40,283 nucleotides of DNA from NCBI GenBank assembly GCA_031287585.1, contig JAITST010000030.1:1-40283 (forward strand). The letters are read 5' to 3'. The translations under genes and the position numbers were made by a program. The notes under the pieces are model-generated. The model saw only the letters and a list, made by a program, of their open reading frames with translations, was not told where the DNA came from and did not search any database. Source of the DNA: Planctomycetaceae bacterium (GTDB lineage Bacteria > Planctomycetota > Planctomycetia > Pirellulales > Thermoguttaceae). Positions 27,122-34,929 of the stretch are shown piece after piece. Each line of letters opens with the position of its first letter. The first letter of the stretch is position 1.

Positions 27122-27605
27122 TGGATCAATATAAAAGCGTTTAAGTTCGTACGTTTTATCTGAACCTATATCACCAAGCGGTTTTTGCTCATCAACTTCA
27201 TTTACAGATGCTTTATGAGCGTATTTTACTTCCTGCGCTGTTACAACAGCATCTTCCGGTATGCCAATTCTTGCAAAAAAATGGCTCCTAGTGAGGCTAA
27301 CCTGAACAAATTGAGTGATAGTTTGTTTGTCATAATAAATTTCCTTATAAAGTTAGGATTGTTGAAAAAAAACATTATAAAAATGGTATAGTGATATGTT
27401 TTGTTAATATCACTTACCATACACTTTTGTCAAAATGGCATTTATATTTATTATTTCTCTATGATTGGAAAAGCACTATACTTATGCGATTATAAAACAA
27501 TAACTTACATACAAAGATTTCTATTTTATATTATAGTTTCATTCGGCACGAAAAGATTATTCAGTACACGAACAAATAGTGTTCCGGCTCTTTATCAAAA
27601 TCTGA

Positions 27606-28076
27606 TTAGTCTTTCTTTTTTGAAATTTCAGATGATAATTTTCGTAGTACCAAAAAAGGATGGGACTTTATTTTTTCCGATTCTAGCCACTTGCTGTGCC
27701 AGTCTAGGTATTTTTGAAGTTCAGTGTTTTCTACAACTCGGCAAATGTAGTATTCAATTGGTAATGTATCATTCAAATTAATCTGTTTATTCTCCCAAGC
27801 AATTGCAACAACAGAAAATATACGTAAAAGAGCATCTATTTCCTGTTCTTCATTGCTACCACGAAAATTTTTGTCATCATATTGGAACTGCTTCTCTCCT
27901 GCATACTCAAATTTTTCATAATAAGTATTGTGTATCTTTTCATTAGTTGAAAAATGAAGTAAAACCGACGACACGAGGTTTAACCGAAACTGTCCATTTA
28001 TTGCACATAAAGAACATACGGCAACAACAAGCGTCAGTGTGGCGACAATAAATGTTATAATAGTTAAAAAAAGCAT
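27606..28076 (-). CDS. hypothetical N-terminally membrane-anchored small protein
   Basis: 156 aa with a single N-terminal TM helix (MLFLTIITFIVATLTLVVAVCSLCAI) and a soluble helical domain. It loosely resembles small DUF4760-type proteins, but I cannot confirm that. Confidence 0.5.
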   Translation of the reverse strand: MLFLTIITFIVATLTLVVAVCSLCAINGQFRLNLVSSVLLHFSTNEKIHNTYYEKFEYAGEKQFQYDDKNFRGSNEEQEIDALLRIFSVVAIAWENKQINLNDTLPIEYYICRVVENTELQKYLDWHSKWLESEKIKSHPFLVLRKLSSEISKKKD

Positions 28077-28299
28077 TATGTTTTTTGTCCTTTCAATAAA
28101 CTGGGGGCTATTATGTAATCAAAATTATCTACGAATAATAGTTCTCATTGCGTATATTGTTCTATCACTTCACAATGATATACTTACCATTCTGGTCGAT
28201 AAAAATTCTCTCTTTCAACGAACTGCTCGTTTCCGAACCGCCGACCATTTTAGCATACCGCGTTGCTCGCGACCGTTTCAAATTTATGAAATTCTGGTT

Positions 28300-28749
28300 T
28301 CATTTTAGCAAAAAACCCAAAATTTCTTTAGATTTTTTACTTTTCGCGGGTCGAATCTTGTATGGGAAGCGGTTCTGTTTTAGAAATTTGTTTGTTCGAT
28401 AGACCAAGATTTTAATTGTCGCCGCCGGTATGCACTCTTTTTTACTGCGTTTTTCCCACACATTCCTCTCGACAGTCTCGTAATCGGCGCGGTGTTTCGG
28501 CGATTGCCACAGAGTTTTCAACAGAAGATACGACTTTGGAGTCAGAGGCACAGAGTTGTTGAGCCAAGAAACTGTTCGTGCGGTATCGTCGAATTGCAAA
28601 ACAATTTCATCAATCGGTAATTGTTCGTTTACCGGCAAACAATCACCCATCAACCGATTTTCGATAGTACGAAGAACGGCGACACGTTGAATTGCTTCAT
28701 TTAATTGGCGGTGGATTTCGGGAAGTGTTAGATTGTTGTCCGGGTTCAT
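28300..28749 (-). CDS. standalone OmpR/PhoB-type winged-helix DNA-binding protein (no receiver domain)
   Basis: IVLQFDDTARTVSWLNNSVPLTPKSYLLLKTLWQSPKHRADYETVERNVWE...IKILVYRTNKFL follows the Trans_reg_C pattern (LTPKEFxLLxxL...VxSRExLxxxVW...VxxHIxRLRxKL). ATG at 28749 is preferred. The track ORF starts at a TTG at 28872, so the start is uncertain. Confidence 0.6.
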   Translation of the reverse strand: MNPDNNLTLPEIHRQLNEAIQRVAVLRTIENRLMGDCLPVNEQLPIDEIVLQFDDTARTVSWLNNSVPLTPKSYLLLKTLWQSPKHRADYETVERNVWEKRSKKECIPAATIKILVYRTNKFLKQNRFPYKIRPAKSKKSKEILGFLLK

Positions 28750-29123
28750 TGTTGCGCAACAAAAAAGGCGTGGAATACTTGCCGCCAATCCAGCCCTACC
28801 ACAGGCACCAACGACGACAGATACCACGCCCGATTTCTCGGACGTAGAAATTTCTGTCGCTCGTTGGTTCAAAATGTGGTAATTTGGATTGAGCGATTAT
28901 CTACTAAACTGTTAGTTTCGTAATGTGTTATGTCATAAGTGTTTGTGAGTAAAAATTGTTGTTGGAAAGGATTGCTCTCGCTATTACTTTCCACATTCAA
29001 AGCAAGCCAATCAACCTAGATGGGTTGGTAACCGTTCACGGTTAATTTTGAGTATTCTATCAGAATTTTCAAAAAACCTACTGCGGCTAAAACGGTCTCC
29101 CTTTGAAGGTGCATTTAGGTGTA

Positions 29124-29288
29124 GTCCCGATAGGGACGATATGTTGGTAGAAAACCAAACATTATTTGGAAAAACGAAAGACATACAACCTGCCTACCAA
29201 TGCCTTTGTGGAACGGGGGGTTATCATTCGTTTATCCAAATAAGGTTTGGTTACAACGTTCATCACCAACATATCGTCCCTACGGGAC
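29124..29288. repeat. MITE-like or structured element: imperfect inverted repeat arms enclosing an R2 repeat copy
   Basis: The left arm gtcccgatagggacgatatgttggt...accaaac (29124-29160) pairs with the right arm gtttggt...accaacatatcgtccctacgggac (29245-29288). The R2 copy at 29172-29214 lies between them. Further hairpins follow, including gtccctaacgggac at about 29325. Confidence 0.7.
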
Positions 29289-29491
29289 TGAATTTTTTTA
29301 CCATTCGTTTCTACCGATATTTCGTCCCTAACGGGACTATGATTAGCCGTCTTATAAAAATCACCCCGCCTACGATTGCTCTATCAATAGCGTTTTATTG
29401 TTTTACGGTGACTAACCTAAAACCCACTCAAAATCTGCAATCTAAAATCTAAAATCTAAAATAAAAAATCGCCGCGTTTTTCGTAGTGTTT

Positions 29492-30550
29492 TTATGCTGC
29501 TCTTTGTTTTGTTGTGATTTCCTGTCCTGATTCTCGTTGTTCCCGTAGCGTTGTTTCTCTTTGCAGTAGTTCGTCGCATATTTCTTTTAGTTTTGTTATT
29601 TCTGTATTGATTGTTGTACTGTTTCTTACTTGTTCGATTCGCAGTACGCGGTTTTGTGTTCCGAATGGGGTATTTTGGCTTGTTCGTTGAACGTTGTATA
29701 GTCCGATACACGGCGTATCTGCTACCGCGGCGATGTGTAGCATATCGGTGTTGTTACCGATGAATAAGGTTGACATTTTTATTAGCGATATTGTTACGCC
29801 TATTGTTGTTTCATCAAGTATTACCGCTGCTCCATCTGACATCTTTACGATACGTTCAGCCGCCTGACGTTCGGACTCGGTATTCCAGAGTATCAGCGTC
29901 ATCAAGTTCCACTGGCTATTTAGGTGATACACAATTTCAGCGTAACCACGTTCGTCCCATTGTTTTACCGCGTTTTCCGTACTTATGCTCATAGCCACAA
30001 AATCGGTACCAAGATTTAGACGGTTATGTTTTTGACGTGCGTTGTAAATGTCTGTCTCGCTTTCCGGCAAATCGAAGTCGATACTGCCGCCGACGATTCC
30101 GAACGCTTCTAGTAACTGCAATTTGCGTATCACAACGTGGTCGTCGGCTGGTACTATTCTGATATTGTTCAGCATTCTACTTGCGAAGTTTGAGCCGATA
30201 CCACCGAAACCTATTCTGTGTTTCGCACCGGAAAGCCACGCCGCGAGCGCGCTCATAAACGTACCTTGTAAGTCAACCGCGGCATCCGGCGAAAATGCCA
30301 GCAATCGCCGGCGCAAGAGATTGGTTTCGTCGAACGATGACAACCAGTTTTCCTTCGCGATTATTAACCTGTCGAGTGCGTTGTGACCGAAAAGCAGCGG
30401 CGCGATACGGTCATCAACTAACCACGCGAGTTCGCAAGTGGGGAAGCGTAAACGTAATGCGTTGAGGGCGGGCAAACTATAAACGATGCCGCTGACTGTG
30501 TTCAACTGCACGACGAGGATACGTTTTACATTGTTCAGGTAATGCTGCAT
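29492..30550 (-). CDS. glycosyltransferase family 9 (heptosyltransferase-like)
   Basis: Start chosen at MQHYLNNVKRILVVQLNTVSGIVYSLPALNALRLRFP (ATG at 30550), matching the GT9 N-terminus (kILiixxxxxGDxxxxxPalxaLrxxfP). Also has AAVDLQGTFMSALAAWLSGAKHRIGFGG. The track ORF extends to 30871, which is probably not translated. Confidence 0.75.
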   Translation of the reverse strand: MQHYLNNVKRILVVQLNTVSGIVYSLPALNALRLRFPTCELAWLVDDRIAPLLFGHNALDRLIIAKENWLSSFDETNLLRRRLLAFSPDAAVDLQGTFMSALAAWLSGAKHRIGFGGIGSNFASRMLNNIRIVPADDHVVIRKLQLLEAFGIVGGSIDFDLPESETDIYNARQKHNRLNLGTDFVAMSISTENAVKQWDERGYAEIVYHLNSQWNLMTLILWNTESERQAAERIVKMSDGAAVILDETTIGVTISLIKMSTLFIGNNTDMLHIAAVADTPCIGLYNVQRTSQNTPFGTQNRVLRIEQVRNSTTINTEITKLKEICDELLQRETTLREQRESGQEITTKQRAA

Positions 30551-30932
30551 TTTATCGAATGATATAATTGTAAAATATTCTAATTGACGTTGTAAAAATA
30601 ACGCGGTAAAAATCTCTTGAAGTATAGTAACGTCACCGATTTGTTGCAATACCAAATTCGTCGTCGTATTCGCCCGCAATCGTTTTAACTTGCCTAACAT
30701 ACCACGTCGTTTGTGTACTTTGACACTTATAACACTTAATCGTTCATTGACAAACGATTGACGCGACCAGAAACGATTAACGTAAAATTTGCGCGACGTA
30801 AATGCCGAAAAGTGGCTTGTGCGTTTGGCGGCGGTGTTGTAATCTCGCGATAAATTGCGTAGAATATACAAACAGCGTGCCTATTTTGTTGTTGTTTTGC
30901 ATACGCCTTTGTGAAGATACAGGAGTTGAGTG

Positions 30933-31892
30933 ATGACTGGACGTAAGATTGTCGTTTTATTGTTCGTTGTGGCAGTTTTGGTTTTTGCGATGTCAACTGG
31001 GGCTAACGTTGTCTATTCCCAGACAACAGACCCGATTGCGAAGGAGCATCGCGGTGAAGTTTTATACGACCAAGGTGTTCACGCGTATTTCGACCACGAT
31101 TACAAAGACGCAATATCACGGCTCGAACAGGTAGAGGAACTTGACAGTATCGACCCGCGTCCGTATTTCTTTTTGGGACTTGCGCATTTCAAAAACGACG
31201 ACAAGGAAAAGGCAGAGAAGTATCTGACAAAGGCATCTCGGCTTGAATGGACACGCCGCGGGATGAGAGATTTCGATGTTGCGGCGGCGTTGGTTCGTGT
31301 TCAGGGAAAGGAGCGGGGGCTGGTAGAAAAGTTCCGTAGTCAAGCGAAACAAGAATGGCAGCAAACGGAAGCAGAACGGCGGAAAGTTCGTTACGGCAGT
31401 ACGAAAGACAACGATAGAGCGATTTTGGAGGCGATTGTCAAGCAAGGTCCGACAGAATTTGTAGGTCAAGCACCATTCGGAGCGCGTTCAACAGACCCGT
31501 TTAGAACGGAAACAGATGACGGCGGAGAACGCCTAATAAAGTCAGACGATGCCGTGCCGTCGGTGGTAATCAAGAAAGAAATGAAAGAAGAAAAACCTGT
31601 ACTAGAAGATGTAAAGACAGACGTTACGGAAACGGATGATATGAAGTCGGACGACGAAAAGAAATCTGACGTTGAAGACCCGTTTGCGGACGATGAAAAG
31701 AAGTCTGACGAAGAAGACGAAAAACCTGCTGACGAAAAGAAGTCTGACGATGAAGACGAAAAATCCGCTGATGAAAAGAAGTCTGACGACGAAGACGAAA
31801 AATCCGCTGACGAAAAGAAGTCTGACGAAGATGACGAAAAATCCGCTGATGAAAAAAAATCTGGCGGAGAGGATGAAGACCCGTTTGGTTGA
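30933..31892 (+). CDS. secreted TPR-like protein with highly acidic tandem-repeat tail
   Basis: AGGAG lies 7 nt upstream of the ATG at 30933. Has a signal-like VVLLFVVAVLVFAMSTGANVVYSQ, TPR-like helices (YDQGVHAYFDHDYKDAISRLEQV...YFFLGLAHFKNDDKEKAEKYLTKA), and a C-terminal ADEKKSDDEDEKS repeated about 4 times. Confidence 0.65.
   Translation: MTGRKIVVLLFVVAVLVFAMSTGANVVYSQTTDPIAKEHRGEVLYDQGVHAYFDHDYKDAISRLEQVEELDSIDPRPYFFLGLAHFKNDDKEKAEKYLTKASRLEWTRRGMRDFDVAAALVRVQGKERGLVEKFRSQAKQEWQQTEAERRKVRYGSTKDNDRAILEAIVKQGPTEFVGQAPFGARSTDPFRTETDDGGERLIKSDDAVPSVVIKKEMKEEKPVLEDVKTDVTETDDMKSDDEKKSDVEDPFADDEKKSDEEDEKPADEKKSDDEDEKSADEKKSDDEDEKSADEKKSDEDDEKSADEKKSGGEDEDPFG
31692..31860. repeat. 39-bp tandem repeat, about 4 copies, encoding the acidic tail
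   Basis: The unit gatgaaaagaagtctgacga.gaagacgaaaaa.c.gct is repeated head to tail. Confidence 0.8.
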
Positions 31893-31976
31893 TACCTGTT
31901 GAAATTTGTACGAAGCCGAAAAGTTTTTTAACGTGCGAGACACAAAGCGTATGGTAAAAATTCCAAACACCGAACT

Positions 31977-32969
31977 ATGAAAAAATTTATCGCACTGCTA
32001 CTATTCGCCGCCGTTTTTGGTGTTGCTGGTTATTTTGTCTGGCAAAATATGTTTGCGACAAACGCTGGTACGGACAAAACGATGACGCTTTACGGTAATG
32101 TCGAAATTCGCCGTGTCAATCTTGGTTTCAATGTCTTTGGTCAGATTGTTGAAATGCCGTTCAAAGAAGGCGATAAGATTCTCCGCAATTCTGTTGTCGC
32201 GCGGCTTGACCGTCAACCGTATCAGGACGATGTTGAGATTGCCGCCGCGCAAGTCAAACGCGCCGAAGCAAATCTCAAAAAACTGCAAACCGGTAATCGA
32301 CCACAGGAAATCGCACAGGCACACGCAACATTGAACGAACGAATCGCAACTCTTGATGTTCTCAACGCGGAGGTACGGCGGGCGCATCTCTTGATTGACA
32401 AACAAAATATCTCGCCGCAGGAATTTGATAATGTCATCGCAAGCCAAAAAGAAGCGACCGCGCGAAAACAACTTGCGGAGGAAACGTTGAACTTGTTGAT
32501 TGAAGGGTTTCGTCAAGAGGACATTGACGCTGGTGAGGCACAATTTGCCGAAGCGAAAGCGAATCTCAAACGAACGCAAACGCTGCTCGGCTACACAGAA
32601 TTGCATTGTCCCAACGACGGAATTTTGTTGACACGTGTCGAAGAGCCGGGAGCGGTTGTGAATCAGGGGCAGACGGTTTTGGTGCTTTCGCTTCAAGACG
32701 AAGTTTGGGTTTATGTTTATCTGCCCGAACCCGATCTCGGTAAAATCGCCCCCGGTATGAAAGCAAAAATTTACACGGATTCCGCTCCCGATAAACCTTA
32801 CGGCGGGCAAGTCGGCTACATTTCACCCGAAGCGGAATTCACTCCGAAAAATGTTGAAACGCCGCGTCTGCGAACCGACCTTGTCTATCGTGTGCGGATT
32901 ATCGCGGATAATCCCGACGACGGATTACGTCAGGGAATGCCGGTTACTGTTGTGTTAGCGAAAGATTGA
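31977..32969 (+). CDS. HlyD-family periplasmic adaptor (YbhG-like)
   Basis: 330 aa with an N-terminal anchor helix, a coiled-coil hairpin (AAAQVKRAEANLKKLQTGNRPQEIAQA...), a barrel-sandwich (GMKAKIYTDS) and a C-terminal GMPVTV. It lies immediately upstream of a duplicated ABC ATPase. Confidence 0.85.
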   Translation: MKKFIALLLFAAVFGVAGYFVWQNMFATNAGTDKTMTLYGNVEIRRVNLGFNVFGQIVEMPFKEGDKILRNSVVARLDRQPYQDDVEIAAAQVKRAEANLKKLQTGNRPQEIAQAHATLNERIATLDVLNAEVRRAHLLIDKQNISPQEFDNVIASQKEATARKQLAEETLNLLIEGFRQEDIDAGEAQFAEAKANLKRTQTLLGYTELHCPNDGILLTRVEEPGAVVNQGQTVLVLSLQDEVWVYVYLPEPDLGKIAPGMKAKIYTDSAPDKPYGGQVGYISPEAEFTPKNVETPRLRTDLVYRVRIIADNPDDGLRQGMPVTVVLAKD

Positions 32970-32971
32970 AG

Positions 32972-34666
32972 ATGATACACCTCAATCAACTTACCAAACG
33001 TTTCGGCGACAGCGGGCGGGCTGCTCTTGATTCTGTTACCGCCGAAATTCTATCGGGGCATATTACCGGAATTGTCGGTCCCGATGGTGCGGGTAAAACG
33101 ACGCTTGTGCGGTTGCTTGCGGGGTTACTCAAACCGACGACCGGTACCATCGACGTTTCGGAAACGCTGAACATCGGCGACAGGTCGATGCTCGGTTATA
33201 TGCCGCAGCGTTTCGGGTTGTATGAAGATTTAACGGTGCTGGAAAATCTGAATCTTTATGCGGAACTGCGAGGTCTTGAATCGCCGGAACGCAAAGACCG
33301 TTTCGCTCAACTCCTGCAATTCACTGGTCTTGAAGCGTTCACTCAACGTTTGGCGAAACGTTTATCAGGCGGTATGAAACAAAAACTCGGCTTGGCTTGT
33401 GTTCTTATCAAGATGCCGAAGTTGTTGTTGCTTGACGAGCCGGGTGTCGGCGTTGACCCGATCAGCCGCCGCGAACTTTGGCGGATGGTTCGCGAACTTG
33501 TTACCGATGATATTGTTGTTATCTGGAATACCGCCTATCTTGACGAAGCCGAAGCGTGCGACGATGTGTTGCTGCTCAACGAAGGCAAACTGCTTTTTCA
33601 CGGTCAACCGAGTGAACTGACTGGTCGATTGACAAACCGTGTTTTTCAAGTTCGCGGACTCGCGCCAACCGAACGCCGCCGTGAACTTGTCCGGTTAATG
33701 CGCCAACCGGAAATTATTGACGGCGTGATTCAAGGTGATGCGTTACGAATTGTTGTGAGTCAAAATGGATTACGACCCGCGTTACCGTCTGTTACGCTGA
33801 CTCCACCGGCGAGTATCGTTGCGGTAACTCCGCGATTTGAGGACGGTTTTATCGACCTTTTGGGCGGTGTGCCGAAAGGCGATTCGATACTTGCGCGCCA
33901 ACCGGCGAAACAAATCAGCGACGATAAACCGGTTGTCGTTGCCGAAGGACTGACCAAGCGGTTTGGTTCGTTCACGGCGGTACATAATAATTGCTTTTCG
34001 ATTCGGCGCGGCGAGATTTACGGATTGCTGGGACCGAACGGCGCGGGGAAAAGTACAACATTCAAAATGCTTTGCGGTTTGTTGAAACCGACAGACGGGA
34101 ATTGTTTTATTGCCGGTTATAACTTGCGGACATCGCCGTCGCGGGCAAGGTCGCGGCTCGGTTATATGGCTCAAAAGTTTTCGCTGTACAACGATTTAAC
34201 GGTTCGTCAAAACCTGACGTTCTTCGCGGGCATTTACGGTTTGTGGGGGTTTGCGAAACGGCGGGTTGTCAACGAGATGCTTGAAATGTTTGACTTGGGA
34301 CAGTATGCTTCGGCGAATGCGGGTTTATTGCCGTTGGGTTTCAAACAGCGTCTTTCGCTTGCCGCCGCGCTGATGCACGAACCGGATGTGTTGTTTCTTG
34401 ACGAGCCGACTTCCGGTGTTGACCCGCTCACCCGCCGCGAATTTTGGACACATATCAACGCCCTTGTTGAACGCGGTGTTACGATTTTAGTAACGACGCA
34501 TTTTATGGACGAAGCGGAATACTGCGACCGAATCAGTTTGATTTTTCACGGTGAAACGATTGCAACCGGAACGCCCGACAAACTCAAAGAATCCGTCCGC
34601 ACCGGGCAACTTCCAGAGCCGACTTTGGAAGACGCGTTCGTTGCGCTGGTACGCGGCGAACCGTAA
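32972..34666 (+). CDS. ABC transporter ATP-binding protein with two fused ATPase domains (YbhF-like)
   Basis: Has two Walker A motifs (GPDGAGKTT, GPNGAGKST), two signature motifs (LSGGMKQKL, LPLGFKQRL) and two Walker B motifs (LLLLDEP, VLFLDEP). ATG at 32972 is preferred over the TTG at 32966. Confidence 0.9.
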   Translation: MIHLNQLTKRFGDSGRAALDSVTAEILSGHITGIVGPDGAGKTTLVRLLAGLLKPTTGTIDVSETLNIGDRSMLGYMPQRFGLYEDLTVLENLNLYAELRGLESPERKDRFAQLLQFTGLEAFTQRLAKRLSGGMKQKLGLACVLIKMPKLLLLDEPGVGVDPISRRELWRMVRELVTDDIVVIWNTAYLDEAEACDDVLLLNEGKLLFHGQPSELTGRLTNRVFQVRGLAPTERRRELVRLMRQPEIIDGVIQGDALRIVVSQNGLRPALPSVTLTPPASIVAVTPRFEDGFIDLLGGVPKGDSILARQPAKQISDDKPVVVAEGLTKRFGSFTAVHNNCFSIRRGEIYGLLGPNGAGKSTTFKMLCGLLKPTDGNCFIAGYNLRTSPSRARSRLGYMAQKFSLYNDLTVRQNLTFFAGIYGLWGFAKRRVVNEMLEMFDLGQYASANAGLLPLGFKQRLSLAAALMHEPDVLFLDEPTSGVDPLTRREFWTHINALVERGVTILVTTHFMDEAEYCDRISLIFHGETIATGTPDKLKESVRTGQLPEPTLEDAFVALVRGEP

Positions 34667-34672
34667 TCGTAA
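34662..34672. repeat. left copy of the 11-bp direct repeat CGTAATCGTAA flanking the inserted cassette
   Basis: Exact 11-mer that overlaps the ATPase stop codon. The identical 11-mer is at 37835-37845. Confidence 0.85.
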
Positions 34673-34770
34673 CGGAAGTTACAGATAAGCGGCGATTGAA
34701 TGTTGGTTTGTAGAAATTTTGTCAACTTGCCAAATTATACTTGTCCCGTTTGAAAATTGTTTGTGAGGTA

Positions 34771-34799
34771 TTGTACCCTTTCAAAAAATTTGATACAAT
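34771..34799 (+). promoter_or_regulatory. putative promoter of the R-M cassette
   Basis: TTGTAC (34771-34776), a 17-nt spacer, then TACAAT (34794-34799), immediately upstream of the tandem operator-like repeats. Confidence 0.35.
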
Positions 34800-34805
34800 G
34801 ATAAG

Positions 34806-34845
34806 ATATGACTGTGAACAGTTGTATATGACTGTGAACAGTTGT
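34806..34845 (+). promoter_or_regulatory. two exact tandem copies of a 20-bp unit, each containing the palindrome ACTGTGAACAGT (operator-like)
   Basis: atatgactgtgaacagttgt occurs at 34806-34825 and again at 34826-34845. ACTGT..ACAGT is a 5-bp inverted repeat. The site lies between the putative -10 and the methylase ATG at 34930. Confidence 0.6.
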
Positions 34846-34929
34846 ACTGTGTTGTATCTTGAGTTCTCGCAGATGCCCTAATAAACTGTTGCTATAAGAC
34901 GATGAACGGTTCTGCCATTTTTATTTTCA

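Noticed and set aside
27401-27781. 126-aa plus-strand ORF in the AT-rich gap
   Set aside because: Its composition is very AT-rich and low-complexity (Phe/Ile/Tyr/Leu-rich), it overlaps the 3' end of the minus-strand membrane-protein gene, and it has no RBS.
29048-29452. 134-aa plus-strand ORF between the winged-helix gene and the GT9 gene
   Set aside because: It is composed almost entirely of hairpins, inverted-repeat arms and the R2 repeat copy, and has no start context. It is more parsimoniously non-coding repeat DNA.
32001-32810. 269-aa ORF antisense to the HlyD adaptor gene
   Set aside because: It is a shadow ORF of a well-supported gene, with no motif support.
34806-34845. The tandem dyads considered as LexA/SOS boxes (CTGT...ACAG)
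   Set aside because: The half-sites are separated by only 2 nt (ACTGT-GA-ACAGT) rather than the 8-nt spacer of the classical gammaproteobacterial CTGT-N8-ACAG box. The host lineage is probably not one that uses that consensus. I kept it only as a generic operator-like element.
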